Assembly: GCA_049841135.1 (NCBI GenBank)
Contig: JASGHK010000008.1
Coordinates: 83,272-147,271 of the forward strand
DNA length: 64,000 nt
Origin: Myxococcales bacterium
GTDB lineage: Bacteria > Myxococcota > Myxococcia > Myxococcales > UBA5297
Direction of reading: 5' to 3'
Shown: positions 1 to 10,592 of the stretch, piece after piece
Layout: the number at the start of each line of letters is the position of its first letter
Numbering within the stretch: position 1 is the stretch's first letter
Notes under the pieces: model-generated
Told to the model about the DNA's origin: nothing
The model's input: only the letters and a program-made list of their open reading frames with translations
Database searches by the model: none
Made by a program: the position numbers and the translations under genes

Positions 1-690
1 GAGCTGCTCAAGACCATCGACCACAACCAGCGCAACACCGGCGACTACATGGCGCGCGCGTACATCGAGCAGAAGGAGCGCGACAAGGCCGACGTGGTCT
101 ACGAGGCGGTCATCTACCGCCGCGACGCCGACCAGAAGCTGATGATCCTCTTCATCAAGCCCAAGACCGAGGCCGGCAAGGGCTACCTGCGCATCGACAA
201 GAACCTGTGGCTCTACGACCCGTCGACCGGCAAGTGGGAGCGGCGCACCGAGCGCGAGGCCATCGGCGGCACGGGCTCGAAGCGGCGCGACTTCGACGAG
301 TCCCGGCTGGCCGAGGAGTACACGCCCGAGTACGTGGCCTCCGAGAAGCTGGGCGCCTACGAGGTGCACCACCTCAAGCTGACGGCGAAGGAAGGCGTGG
401 ACGTCGCCTACCCGCTGATGCACCTGTGGGTCGACAAGGCCACGAGCAACGTCCTCAAGAGCCAGGACTACGCGCTCTCCGGGCGGCTGATGCGCACCAG
501 CTACACGCCCAAGTGGCAGAAGACCTATTCGGAGTCGAAGAAGGCCGACACCTACTTCCCCGCCGAGATGCGCTTCTTCGACGAGGTCGACAAGGCCAAC
601 TCCACGCTGGTGAAGCTGACCGCGGTGGACCTCAAGCCGCTCGACCCGAACCTCTTCACCAAGGCCTGGCTGGAGAGCAAGAGCCGATGA
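1..690 (+). CDS. LolA-like outer-membrane lipoprotein-sorting family protein (PF17131-like), 5' partial (ORF open to window start)
   Basis: Frame-1 ORF runs from base 1 (ELLKTIDHNQRNTGDY...) to TGA at 688-690. Sequence is typical of the LolA_like/DUF1329-type family (LRIDKNLWLYDPSTGKWERR..., YTPEYVASEKLGAYEVHHLKL). Recognised from memory, no search run. Confidence 0.5.
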   Translation, partial: ELLKTIDHNQRNTGDYMARAYIEQKERDKADVVYEAVIYRRDADQKLMILFIKPKTEAGKGYLRIDKNLWLYDPSTGKWERRTEREAIGGTGSKRRDFDESRLAEEYTPEYVASEKLGAYEVHHLKLTAKEGVDVAYPLMHLWVDKATSNVLKSQDYALSGRLMRTSYTPKWQKTYSESKKADTYFPAEMRFFDEVDKANSTLVKLTAVDLKPLDPNLFTKAWLESKSR

Positions 691-2216
691 GGCGACGGCC
701 CTCACCCCCCAGCCCCCTCTCCGGCAACCCCTCGGCACGCTCGGGACGGGGACCGAGAGGGGGTGACTTGGCCTCCGCCGGCGTGCTTGCCTTCGCGCTC
801 TGCCTGCCCTTTGCCGTTCGGGCCGAGGAGGCTCCCCGCCCTAGCGAGGAGGAGATGTTCGGCGCGCCGGCGGCGGCTCCGGCGGCGGAGACGCCAGCGA
901 AGGCCGACCCGCAGCCCGCGAAGGCCAAGCTGGACGAGCACGGGCGTCCCACCGAGGACTCGATGTTCGGCGACGGCCCGCCTCCCGCGCCCAAGGCCTC
1001 CGAGGCCGCCCAGGAGAGCGTCCCCGAGGACCCGCTGAAGATCGGCGGGCAGTTCTACACGCGCGCCTACACGACCCTGAGCACCGAGACGGACCCTGAG
1101 AAGTGGGGATTCTCGGTGCCCACGCTGCTCGACGGCTACCTGGATGCGCGGCCCAACGACCGGGTGCGCGGCTTCATGCTCGCCCGCCTCGCCTTCGACC
1201 CGATGGTGCCCAACGCCGCGGGAAGCTCGCCCCCGAGCTCGCCCCTCGGCAGCCAGCAGAAGCTCTCCATCTCGCTGGATCAGCTCTGGCTGCGCTTCGA
1301 CATCTACCGCGCGGTCTACGTCACCGTCGGCCGCCAGCACATCAAGTGGGGCCCGTCGCATTTCTGGAACCCCACCGACTTCCTGCACAATGTCCGCCGC
1401 AACCCGCTCGACCCCTTCGACGCGCGCGAGGGCTCGACCATGCTCAAGGTGCAGGTGCCCTGGGAGAAGATGGGCTGGAACCTGTACGCCATCGGCCTCT
1501 TCGAGGACGCCATCGTCGACGGGACGCTCTCCAACATCGGCGGAGGCCTGCGCGCGGAGATCGTCGTCGGCCCGGCGGAGATCGGCGCGGAGGCGCTCTT
1601 CCAGAAGGGGCACCGCCCGCGGCTCGGCGCGGACCTCAGCGCCGGCGTCGGGCCCATCGACGTCTACGCCGAGGCGTCGCTGCGCAAGGGCTGGGAGCGC
1701 TTCGCCCAAGGAACCGATCCCTCGATGGGCGCCGTCGGGACCTGGGAGAACGACTACACCCTGCAGGCCTCGGGCGGCCTGTCGTGGTCGCTCTCCGTCC
1801 ACGACATCAACGTGCTCACCGTGGGCGCCGAGTACTTCTTCAACTCCGTCGGCTACGACGACAAGGCGATCTACCCGGCCCTCATCAACGCCGGCGCCTT
1901 CAGCCCCTACTACACCGGCAAGCACTACCTGGGCGTCTACGGGATGCTCAACACGCCGGCGAGCTACCACAACCTGAGCGTGATCCTCTCCAACGTCGGC
2001 AACCTCTCCGACCGCTCCTTCGTCGCGCGCCTGGACGTCTCGGTCATCGTGCTGACGCACCTGCGCATCGAGGGCTACACGGCGTGGCACTACGGTCACC
2101 GCGGCGGCGAGTTCCGCTTCGGGGGGGAGCTGCCGGCCACCGACCCGGGGACGCCGGCGGTGAACGTGGCGGCCCCGCTGTGCGAGTTCGGCGTGGGGCT
2201 GCGCGTGAACATCTGA
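687..2216 (+). CDS. secreted/outer-membrane protein of unknown function (possible beta-barrel partner of the LolA-like gene)
   Basis: ATGA start/stop overlap with the upstream gene. The N-terminus has a signal-peptide-like LASAGVLAFALCLPFAVRA. Long aromatic/Gly-rich body consistent with an OM beta-barrel. The larger listed ORF 207..2216 only adds an out-of-frame overlap with gene 1. Confidence 0.4.
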   Translation: MRRRPSPPSPLSGNPSARSGRGPRGGDLASAGVLAFALCLPFAVRAEEAPRPSEEEMFGAPAAAPAAETPAKADPQPAKAKLDEHGRPTEDSMFGDGPPPAPKASEAAQESVPEDPLKIGGQFYTRAYTTLSTETDPEKWGFSVPTLLDGYLDARPNDRVRGFMLARLAFDPMVPNAAGSSPPSSPLGSQQKLSISLDQLWLRFDIYRAVYVTVGRQHIKWGPSHFWNPTDFLHNVRRNPLDPFDAREGSTMLKVQVPWEKMGWNLYAIGLFEDAIVDGTLSNIGGGLRAEIVVGPAEIGAEALFQKGHRPRLGADLSAGVGPIDVYAEASLRKGWERFAQGTDPSMGAVGTWENDYTLQASGGLSWSLSVHDINVLTVGAEYFFNSVGYDDKAIYPALINAGAFSPYYTGKHYLGVYGMLNTPASYHNLSVILSNVGNLSDRSFVARLDVSVIVLTHLRIEGYTAWHYGHRGGEFRFGGELPATDPGTPAVNVAAPLCEFGVGLRVNI

Positions 2217-2523
2217 CGCCGCTCCGGCACCAGGCTTCGCCTTCCCCCAACCCCAACCCCTCCTCGGGGTCTTGATCGCCTCCGAGGCGACGGTGGGCCG
2301 GTGCGCGCCAAGGCGCTGCGCCGGCCACTGGTCGCCACGCCGGGTCTCGAGCCCGAGCGCCCCCACCTCCGCCCTATCGTGCCGCCTCACGCGGGGTCCT
2401 TGCTCGCCTGCCGACCGTTCGCAGCTTTCGCCCGTTCGGCCGAGAAGGAAGCAAGCGAGCGCTGGGGGGTCCTTCGCTCGAGCGGTCGGACGAAACCGGG
2501 TGGAGTTGGGAGGCGGGACACAG

Positions 2524-2688
2524 ATGATGAAGCAGATTTCGAGGCTGTGGGCGGACGAGAGCGGTGCGACGGCGGTCGAGTACGGGCTCATCGTGGCGCT
2601 GATCGCCGTGGTGATCATCGCGGCGACCACCGCGCTGGGCACCAACGTCAGCAACACCTTCCAGACGGCTGCCGACTCGATGCCGTAG
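2524..2688 (+). CDS. flp: Flp/Fap family type IVb pilin
   Basis: 55-aa product MMKQISRLWADESGATAVEYGLIVALIAVVIIAATTAL... carries the classic Flp motif (G/ATAVEYGLI). RBS ggaggcgggacacag precedes the ATG. Confidence 0.9.
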   Translation: MMKQISRLWADESGATAVEYGLIVALIAVVIIAATTALGTNVSNTFQTAADSMP

Positions 2689-2715
2689 TTCGGCCCCTCC
2701 CGCCCGGACGCCGCC

Positions 2716-3225
2716 ATGACCTGGCCGTTGCATGCCCTAGTCGTGCTGGGAGCCCTCCTCGCCGCCGCTTCGACGTGGGACTTTGCGGAGAGGCGGATCC
2801 CGAACGGGCTGATCCTCGCCGTCGCGGCGACGGGCCTCTTCCTGCAGGGATTCTCCCGAGGCGCGCCAGGCCTCGCCTCGGGACTTGCCGCCAGCCTCGT
2901 CGTGGGGGCCCTCCTTTGGGGCCCCTGGGCGACTGGCCGGGTGGGCGGCGGCGACCTGAAGCTCGCCGCCGCCACCGCCATCAGCCTTGGACTCCTCCGC
3001 CTGCCGCTCTTCTTGCTCGCGACCGCCGTGGTCGGGGGCTTCGTCGCCGCGGGCTACTACGCGACCTCGCCTCGCGCGGAGCGCGCAGAAGTCCGCTCGC
3101 GCCTGGCCGGCCTCGCGACGACCGGGTCGCTCTCGCTCGTGTCTGGGAGCGACCGCCGCGCGAGCGTCCCCTACGCCGTGGCGATCGCCCTCGGGACCCT
3201 CGTCGCGCTGCGGTGGGGAGGCTGA
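2716..3225 (+). CDS. cpaA: prepilin peptidase CpaA/TadV (A24 family)
   Basis: Polytopic membrane protein with WDFAERRIPNGLIL and GGGDLKLAAA motifs typical of CpaA. Sits immediately downstream of flp. Confidence 0.8.
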   Translation: MTWPLHALVVLGALLAAASTWDFAERRIPNGLILAVAATGLFLQGFSRGAPGLASGLAASLVVGALLWGPWATGRVGGGDLKLAAATAISLGLLRLPLFLLATAVVGGFVAAGYYATSPRAERAEVRSRLAGLATTGSLSLVSGSDRRASVPYAVAIALGTLVALRWGG

Positions 3226-3226
3226 C

Positions 3227-3616
3227 ATGCGCGCTCGCCATCGCCAGGCCCGGAACCAGCAGGGCGCCTCCGCCGTCGAGTTCGCGCTGGTCCTTCCGCT
3301 GCTTCTGCTCCTCGTGATGGGCACGATCGACTGGGGCTACTACTTCTTCACCGAGCAGATCGTCGTCAACGCGTCCCGCGAAGGCGCCCGGGCCGGCTCG
3401 CTGGCCACGCTGGGAGACGCGTCCTCCCAGGCCTCGGTGGCGGCGGCCCAGTACCTTACCCGCGCGGGCCTCGACTCGTCCCGCGCGACCATCCTGGCGA
3501 CTCCGAGGACGGACTCGATCGCCGTCAGCATCACCTACCCCACCGGGTCGCTCACCGGCTTGAGCACCTCGTGGGTCCCCGCGGCTGCGCGCGCCGACGC
3601 CGAGATGCGTCGCTGA
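3227..3616 (+). CDS. tadE: TadE/TadG-like pilus assembly protein (pseudopilin-like)
   Basis: N-terminal GASAVEFALVLPLLLLLVMGTIDWGYYF is the TadE-like (PF07811) signature. Start 2 nt after the cpaA stop. Confidence 0.75.
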   Translation: MRARHRQARNQQGASAVEFALVLPLLLLLVMGTIDWGYYFFTEQIVVNASREGARAGSLATLGDASSQASVAAAQYLTRAGLDSSRATILATPRTDSIAVSITYPTGSLTGLSTSWVPAAARADAEMRR

Positions 3617-3636
3617 GCCCGTAGCGGAGGAGCGTC

Positions 3637-4638
3637 ATGGCCGAGCTCGTCGAACGCCTCACTGGGGCCCCGCGCAAGCCGCCGCCCCGCGGCTCCGGCG
3701 CCCGCGCCGCCGCCTTCCTGGCGATGGCCGTGATCGCCGCGCTCGGCGCGGGCCTGCTCTTCAGCCGCTACCTCGATCGCCGGGGAGCCTCGGGCGTGGC
3801 CACCGTTCCGGTGGTGGTCGCCGCCGCGGACCTGCCCATCGCCACCTCCTTGCGCGCCGACCTGCTGACCGCCGTACCCTGGCCCAAGGCCTCGGTGCCG
3901 GCCGGCGCCGCCGCCGATGTGGCGGCGCTCAAGGGCCGGGTCACCACCGCGCCCATCGCCAAGGGCGAGCCCATCCTCCCCTCGCGGCTCTCGAGCGGGG
4001 ACACCGCGCAGGGCCTGGCGGCCGTGCTGCCCGACCAGATGCGCGCCGTCTCCGTCCGCGTCGACGACGTGGTGGGCGTCGCCGGCTTCATCCATCCGGG
4101 CGACCGCGTGGACGTCATCGTCACCATGAAGCCCCACGAGGACGTCGACTCGCCGGACACCTCGAAGATCATCCTCCAGAACATCAAGGTCCTCGCGGTG
4201 GGCAAGGACCTCGACCCGAAGGCCAAGCCGTCCGAGAAGGCCGTCCCGGCCACCGTCGCCACGCTGATGGTCTCGGTGTCCGACTCCGAGCGCCTGGCGC
4301 TCGGCTCGACCAAGGGGCACCTCCTGCTGGCGCTGCGCGGCGGCGCCGACACCACCGACTACGGGACCGACGGGGTGACTCCACCCGAGCTGCTCGGCAC
4401 GCCTGCCTCGGCCACTCCGGAGCCGGCGCCTGCCGCTCCACCGTTGCAGGCCTCTGCGAACTGCCCGATTCCCGCCGCCCGTCCGGTACCGGCGCGCGCA
4501 GTGCCGGCGCGCGTGGTGGCGGCCAAGAAGCCCGCCCCCGCCGACAAGCCGGCGCCGGTCCCGTCGCAGGAGGTCGAGATTCTGCGCGGGGACCGCTTCG
4601 AGACCCGTGAGTTCAAGAAGCCGGAGGCCACGCCGTGA
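3637..4638 (+). CDS. cpaB: Flp pilus assembly protein CpaB (SAF/RcpC family)
   Basis: N-terminal TM segment followed by a CpaB-like domain (IAKGEPILPSRL, FIHPGDRVDVIV, NIKVLAVG) and a Pro/Ala-rich C-terminus. In operon position. Confidence 0.85.
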   Translation: MAELVERLTGAPRKPPPRGSGARAAAFLAMAVIAALGAGLLFSRYLDRRGASGVATVPVVVAAADLPIATSLRADLLTAVPWPKASVPAGAAADVAALKGRVTTAPIAKGEPILPSRLSSGDTAQGLAAVLPDQMRAVSVRVDDVVGVAGFIHPGDRVDVIVTMKPHEDVDSPDTSKIILQNIKVLAVGKDLDPKAKPSEKAVPATVATLMVSVSDSERLALGSTKGHLLLALRGGADTTDYGTDGVTPPELLGTPASATPEPAPAAPPLQASANCPIPAARPVPARAVPARVVAAKKPAPADKPAPVPSQEVEILRGDRFETREFKKPEATP

Positions 4639-6138
4639 ACGCGCTCGCCCTGACCGTCCTGCTGTCGCTGGGCGCCGCACCGGCCCGGCCCGCCGCCCCG
4701 CCCCCACCGCCACTCCCGCCCCCGCCCCCGACCTCGCCGGCGGCGGCGAGCCCCGCGGCGCCGGCGGAGGCCCCTTCCCCGGCCGAGCTGCGCATCGACC
4801 GCGAAGTGAGCGCGATCAAGGAGCTCTCGCTCGAGTCCGGCCAGAACCGCCTGCTCGTCGTCTCCGAGGACATCGCCCGCGTCGCGGTGGCCGACCCGAA
4901 CGTCGCCGACCTGAAGGTGGTCACCCCCACGCAGCTCTTGCTGACGGCGCGCGAGCCGGGCAACACCGACCTGACCCTCTGGAACCGCGCCAACCAGCCG
5001 CTGGTCGTCGCCCTGCGCGTGGCCCGCAACCTCGAGGGCCTGCGCAAGCAGCTCAAGGAAGCTCTTCCCCGGCGAGGACGTGCGGCTCTCGGCGGCCGGC
5101 GACCTCCTGGTGCTCGAAGGACAGGTCAGCGACGTGCGCATCCCGGAGCGGGTCGGCGAGGTCGCCAGGCTCCACAGCAAGCAGGTCGCCAACCTGCTGC
5201 AGGTCACCGGCCAGCAGCAGGTCCAGCTGGAGGTGCGCTTCGCCGAGGTCTCGCGCGCGGCGATGCGCGAGATGGGGGTGCACTTCTTCCACAAGCAGGA
5301 GGGGACGCGCGTCGCGGGCATGACCGGCCCGGGCACCAGCCCCGGCAACTTCCTCAACACCACCTCCAACCCCTCCATCCCCGGGGCCGGCGTGCGCAGC
5401 GGCACCGGCCAGCCGCCGGACGTGCTGGCGCCGATGTTCAGCAACGCCTTCTCGCTCTTCTTCTCGCAGAACTTCTCGGGGTTCCCGTTCAGCGTCACCC
5501 TGAACCTGCTCGCCGAGAACGACCTCGCCAAGATCCTGGCCGAGCCGACGCTGGTCACCCTCACCGGCCAGGAGGCGAAGTTCCTCGCCGGCGGCGAGGT
5601 GCCCATCCCCATCTCCTCGGCGCTGGGCCAGGTCAACGTCACCTGGAAGAAGTTCGGCATCCTGCTCAACTTCACCCCCACCGTCATCGGCCAGGACACC
5701 ATCCACCTCAAGCTCGCCACCGAGGTGAGCGAGCTCGACCCCACGCTCTCGGTGACCGTGGCCGGCAGCACCATCCCCGGCTTCTCCTCGCGGCAGGGCG
5801 AGACCACGGTCCGGCTGGGCGACGGGCAGAGCTTCGCCATCGCCGGCCTGCTCACCGACCGCACCCGCTCGCAGGTGGCCAAGGTGCCGCTGCTGGGAAG
5901 CATCCCGGTGCTGGGGGCGCTGTTCCGCTCGACCTCCTACCGCCGCGAGGAGACCGAGCTGCTGGTGGTGGTCACCGCGCGGCTGGCGCGCCCCATGGCG
6001 CCGCACGAGCTGCCGCCCCTGCCCACCGACGAGGTCCGCCCGCCCAGCGACTGGCAGATCTTCCTGCTCGGCGCCGAGCAGGGCTTGCGGCCGCCATCGC
6101 AGGGCGGTCCGGCCGGCGCGGTCGGGTTCCTGCGCTAG
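4635..6138 (+). CDS. cpaC: CpaC/RcpA secretin, apparently interrupted by a +1 frameshift near 5066-5069
   Basis: The N-terminal half (frame of 4635) reads as signal peptide plus BON-like pilus-formation domain (VADPNVADLKVVTPTQLLLTAREPGNTDLTLW). The C-terminal half (frame of 5080) is the secretin domain (LNLLAENDLAKILAEPTLVTLTGQEAKFLAGGEVPIP...GDGQSFAIAGL...VPLLGSIPVLGALF). Deleting one C from the C4 run at 5066-5069 yields the continuous LKEALPGEDVRLSAAGDLLVLEG. Confidence 0.8.
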
Positions 6139-6166
6139 CGACGGAAGAGGACGAGGAGGAGAGAGC

Positions 6167-7322
6167 ATGCCCGAGGCCCACGACCGCAACGAGACGACGC
6201 TCCTGGTAGGGGTCGGCCCCGATCTGGAGGCCCGCTTCCTTCCCGCGCTGGGCGCGCTCCCCCTCGAGCGGGTTCCGGCCGAACCCCAGGCCGTCGCCGA
6301 GGCCCTGGCCCGCGCTCACCCCGCGGCGGCCCTGGTCGCCCTGCTGCCCGCGGCCGCCGACCCAGCGCTGCAGCTCGTCCGGCAGCTCGCCGGCGGCGGC
6401 GTCCGGGTGGTGGTGGTGGCTCCCGAGCGGAGCGCGGAGCTCATCCTCCGGGCCATGCGCGCCGGCGCGCAGGAGTACCTCGTCCCCGGCGAAGAGAAGG
6501 CGCTGGCGACGGCGCTCAGCGGAGGCGCCGAGCACGGCCCCGGATCGGTCGTCGCGGTCCTCGCGGCCAAGGGTGGGCTGGGCGCCACGTCGGTGGCCGC
6601 GCACCTGGCCGGCGCGCTCGTCCACAGTGGCGCCCGCGCCTGCCTCCTCGAATCTCGATCAGGACTCGGGCGACGTGCTCCCCACCCTGGACCTTCAGGG
6701 GCGCTACGACCTCGGCGAGCTGCGGGCCAACCTGCACCGCCTGGACCGCGAGCTGCTCGACACCTCCCTCGAGCGGCACCGCGCCGGCTTCTTCGTGATC
6801 GGACAGACGGAGACCGCCGACTCCTCCCGCCGCCTGGAAGAACGCGAGGTCCCCGGCCTGCTCGCCTTCCTGCGCCAGCATTTCCGGCACGTGGTGATCG
6901 ATGGCCTGCGCCGGCTCGACGGGCCGGAGCTCGCCGTGCTGGAGGCCGCCGAAGCCGTCGTCCTGCTGGTGACCCAGGAGGTGGTGGCGGTGCGGGACGC
7001 CCGCCGCGCCCGTGAAGCCCTGGAGCGCCTCGGCGTCGGCGAGCCGCGCCTGCGCCTGGTCGTCAACCGCTTCCAGAAGGGCTCGCGCATCGACCTCGGG
7101 CTCCTGTCCGACACCGTGGGCCTGCCCGTGGCGGCCACGCTGGCCAACGACTGGCCCTCTCTGGGAGCCGCGGTGCAGCGCGGCGCCCTGCTCTTCGAGA
7201 CCGCCCCGCGCTCGGCGCTCGCCCACGACCTCTCGGCGCTCGCGGCCTCGCTTCCCGGGGCCAGCGCGCCCGCGCCGTCCCACCCGCGACCGCTCTGGTC
7301 GCGCCTGCTGTCCAGGAGGTAG
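6167..7322 (+). CDS. cpaE: CpaE (receiver-like N-domain plus MinD/ParA-type ATPase), apparent +1 frameshift near 6651
   Basis: The N-terminal frame ends at ...VVAVLAAKGGLGATSVAAHLAGALVHSGARACLL. The next frame continues DLDQDSGDVLPTLDL...VIDGLRRLD...VVLLVTQEVVAVRDARRAREAL...LVVNRF. Removing one A at 6651-6652 restores ...ACLLDLDQDSGDV (the CpaE-type deviant Walker region). Confidence 0.75.
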
Positions 7323-7325
7323 CCG

Positions 7326-8667
7326 ATGGGGTTGATCGACCGAGCGCGGGGCCGCGCCCCGGAAGCCGCCGCGGCAGCCGAGGGACTGGCCGCGAACCAG
7401 CAGCAGTTCCACGACCTGAAGGCCGACCTCCATCGGCGGCTGGTGGATCGCATCGACCTGCGCACCCTCGAGAGCCTCCCGCCGGACCGCGTCCGCGAGG
7501 AGCTGCGAAGCGTGTTGGGCGCCATGGTCCAGGAGAAGCTCGTTGCCACTCAGCCGCGCCGAGCGCGAGCGGATGGTCCAGGAGCTCATCGACGAGCTCA
7601 TCGGCCTGGGGCCTCTCGAGCCGCTGCTGCGCGACCCGACCATCAGCGACCTGCTCGTCAACACCTACGCCACCACCTACGTCGAGCGCCGCGGCAAGCT
7701 CGAGCTGACCCCGGTGCGCTTCCGCGACAACGACCACCTGCTGCAGATCATCAACCGCATCGTCTCGCGGGTGGGACGCCGGGTCGACGAGGCCTCGCCG
7801 ATGGTCGACGCCCGGCTCGCCGACGGCTCGCGCGTCAACGCCATCATCCCCCCGCTCGCCATCGACGGCCCCTGCCTGTCCATCCGCCGCTTCGGCTCCG
7901 CGCCCCTGCGGCTGCTCGAGCTGGTCGAAGGCGGCAGCGCGCCGCGCGAGGCCCTGGCCTTCCTGGGCGCCGCGGTGCGCGCCAAGCTCAACGTCCTCAT
8001 CAGCGGCGGCACCGGCAGCGGCAAGACCACGCTGCTCAACGCCCTCTCGGCGTTCATCCCCGACGGCGAGCGGGTGGTGACCATCGAGGACTCGGCCGAG
8101 CTCAAGCTGCAGCAGAAGCACGTCGTGCGCCTGGAGACCCGCCCGCCCAACATCGAAGGCGTCGGGGAGATCGTCGCCCGCGACCTCGTCCGCAACAGCC
8201 TGCGCATGCGCCCCGACCGGATCATCATCGGCGAGGTCCGCGGCGCCGAGGTGCTGGACATGCTGCAGGCCATGAACACCGGGCACGAGGGCTCGATGAC
8301 CACCGTGCACGCCAACACCCCGCGCGACGCGCTGGCCCGCATGGAGGCGATGGTGGGGATGAGCGGGGTCCCCATGGCCGACGGCGCGGTGCGCCAGACC
8401 ATCGCCCGCGCGCTCAACGTGATGGTGCAGCTCAACCGCTACACCGACGGCAAGCGGCGGCTCTCGAGCATCGCGGAGATCACCGGCACCGAGGGTCCCA
8501 CCATCACCTTGCAGGAGATCATCCGCTTCGAGCAGCAGGGGGTCGACGCCCAGGGCCGCGTCGTCGGGCGCTTCGTGGCCACGGGGGTGCGGCCGCGCTG
8601 CACCGAGCGGATCGAGCGGGCGGGCATCGACGCCGACGAGCTCTTCGCGCGCATCGCGGGGGCCTAG
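7326..8667 (+). CDS. cpaF: CpaF/TadA secretion ATPase, apparent +1 frameshift near 7545-7556
   Basis: N-terminal frame: [47 protein letters not shown]. Downstream frame: [18 protein letters not shown]...[16 protein letters not shown] (Walker A)...[33 protein letters not shown]. This is the VirB11/GspE-like ATPase of Tad systems. Confidence 0.85.
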
Positions 8668-8671
8668 AGCG

Positions 8672-9637
8672 ATGCGCCAGGCCCTGATCATCCTCGTCAG
8701 CCTCGTGACGGCCGCGGCCTTCGAGGGCCTCTTCCACCTCGCGCGCTACCTGCGCGAGCGGCAGGCCGCGGACCTGCGGCGCCGCTTGCGGCTGCTGGAC
8801 TCGGGCGAGGCCTCCGGCACGCTCGGGCTGCTGCGCAACGAGCGCTACGCCGCCAACCCGCTGCTCGACCCGTTGGTGCGGTCGTTGCCGTTCGCAGCCT
8901 CGCTGGAGCGGCTGCTGGCCCAGGCGGACTCGCCGCTCACGGTCGCCCGGCTCCTGGCGGGCTGCGTGGCCGGAGCGGTGGTGGGCCTGGGCGTCCCGCT
9001 CACCTTGGGTTTGGGGCTATTGCCGTCGCTGGTCCTCGGCGCGACGGGCGCGGCGCTGCCGATCTTCGCGGTGGTCGTCGCGCGGGAGCGCCGCGCCGAG
9101 CGCCTGAGCGAACAGCTCCCGGAGGCGCTGGACATGATGAGCCGCTCGCTGCGCGCCGGGCACGCCTTGCCCGAGGCGTTCCGGCTGGTGGCCTCGGAGA
9201 TGCCCGTCCCGGTCAGCGTCGAGTTCGGCCGCGCCTACGAGGAGCAGCGGCTAGGGCTCGCCGCGGAGCAGGCGGTGGTGAGCATGACCGGGCGCACGCC
9301 CGGCTGCCGGGACCTGAAGATCTTCGCGGTGTCGGTGCTGGTGCAGAAGGAGACCGGCGGCAACCTCGCCGAGATCCTCGAGAACATCGCCACCACCATC
9401 CGCGACCGCTACCGCTTCTACGCCAAGCTCAAGGCGCTGACCGCCGAGGGCCGCGCCTCGGGGATGGTCCTGGGCTGCCTGCCGATCGCCATGGTGGGCC
9501 TGCTCTCGGTGCTCAACCCCAAGTACCTGTCCCGGCTGTTCGACAACCCGCTGGGCAACTTCATCCTCGCCTACGCGGTGCTCACCTGGGTCGCCGGCGC
9601 GGTGTGGATGTACCGGATGACCAAGGTCGACTACTGA
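8672..9637 (+). CDS. tadB: TadB (T2SS-F domain inner-membrane platform protein)
   Basis: T2SSF-like domain (LPEALDMMSRSLRAGHALPEAFRLVASEMP; KETGGNLAEILENIATTIRDRYRF) with flanking TM helices. Confidence 0.8.
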   Translation: MRQALIILVSLVTAAAFEGLFHLARYLRERQAADLRRRLRLLDSGEASGTLGLLRNERYAANPLLDPLVRSLPFAASLERLLAQADSPLTVARLLAGCVAGAVVGLGVPLTLGLGLLPSLVLGATGAALPIFAVVVARERRAERLSEQLPEALDMMSRSLRAGHALPEAFRLVASEMPVPVSVEFGRAYEEQRLGLAAEQAVVSMTGRTPGCRDLKIFAVSVLVQKETGGNLAEILENIATTIRDRYRFYAKLKALTAEGRASGMVLGCLPIAMVGLLSVLNPKYLSRLFDNPLGNFILAYAVLTWVAGAVWMYRMTKVDY

Positions 9638-9652
9638 CCCCCGAGGGACCCG

Positions 9653-10591
9653 ATGGACTCCGGCCTGTGGACCTTCGCGCTCGCATCGCTCCTCGCCGGG
9701 CTCGCGCTCGCCGGCCTCGGCGCGGGCGCCTGGAGCTTGCGGCGCGAGAACCCGCTCGCGCGGCGCCTGCGGGGCCCGGAGGCCTTCGAGGAGCACGGCT
9801 CCGACGGCCTGGGGCGGGGCGAGGGGCCGTCCCGAGCGCTGGTGGCGTTGGGCTGGGTCGCCCGGGGCGGCGACGCCGAGGTCAGCGCGCTCCGGCGCAA
9901 GCTCGTCCAGGGCGGGCTGCGCCAGCCATCCGCGCTGCAGGTCTTCCTGGCCGCCAAGGTCGCCCTGGCCTTGTCCTTTCCGCTCGCGTTCCTCGCGATC
10001 CACGCGACCTTCCCGCAGCCGATGCGCTTCGCGGCCGTGGTGGCGGTCTGGCTCTGTGGCGGCGGCTTCTTCCTCCCCAACCTGTGGCTCAACGCGCGGG
10101 TGACGAGTCGGCGCCAGCTCATCGACCGCGGCCTGCCCGACAGCCTCGACCTGCTGGTGACCTGCGTGGAGGCCGGCCTGGGGCTCGACGCCGCGATGCT
10201 CCGCGTCTCCCAGGACAGCGCGCTGTGCGCCCCCGCCCTCGCCGAGGAGCTGCGGCTGACGTCGCTGGAGACGCGCGCCGGCATCCCCCGGCCCGAGGCC
10301 TTCCGCCGCCTCTACGAGCGCACCGGCTGCGACGAGCTCAAGTCGCTGGCCGCCACGCTGGCGCAGGCGGAGATGTTCGGCACCAGCGTCGGGCTCGCGC
10401 TCCGCGTCCAGGCCAAGGGCATCCGCGTCAAGCGCATGTTCCGGGCCGAGGAGCGCGCGGCCATCGTCTCCGTGAAGATGACGATCCCCCTGGTGCTGTG
10501 CATCCTGCCCAGCCTGCTGGCGGTGGTCATCGGGCCCGGGGCGGTCAACATCTACCAGCAGCTCTTCGCCAAGCTCGGCGGAGGTCACTGA
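9653..10591 (+). CDS. tadC: TadC (T2SS-F domain inner-membrane platform protein)
   Basis: Second T2SSF-like membrane protein (LPDSLDLLVTCVEAGLGLDAAMLRVS...AEMFGTSVGLALRVQAKGIRVKR). Confidence 0.8.
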   Translation: MDSGLWTFALASLLAGLALAGLGAGAWSLRRENPLARRLRGPEAFEEHGSDGLGRGEGPSRALVALGWVARGGDAEVSALRRKLVQGGLRQPSALQVFLAAKVALALSFPLAFLAIHATFPQPMRFAAVVAVWLCGGGFFLPNLWLNARVTSRRQLIDRGLPDSLDLLVTCVEAGLGLDAAMLRVSQDSALCAPALAEELRLTSLETRAGIPRPEAFRRLYERTGCDELKSLAATLAQAEMFGTSVGLALRVQAKGIRVKRMFRAEERAAIVSVKMTIPLVLCILPSLLAVVIGPGAVNIYQQLFAKLGGGH

Positions 10592-10592
10592 C

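Noticed and set aside
207-2216. 669-aa ORF starting at 207
   Set aside because: Its first 160 codons overlap the LolA-like gene out of frame and read as Arg/Gly-rich junk. The plausible start is the ATGA overlap at 687 followed by a signal-peptide-like segment.
702-2981. Very long listed ORFs antisense to, or out of frame with, the genes called above (e.g. 702..2981 -, 3535..4713 -, 4359..5903 -, 9251..10696 -, 11194..12735 -, 21906..24590 -, 31062..33671 -, 36984..38882 -, 34916..36874 +, 9604..12738 +)
   Set aside because: Translations are Arg/Ala/Gly/Pro-rich low-complexity text typical of shadow ORFs in about 70% GC DNA. Each overlaps a gene with clear family signatures on the other strand or frame.
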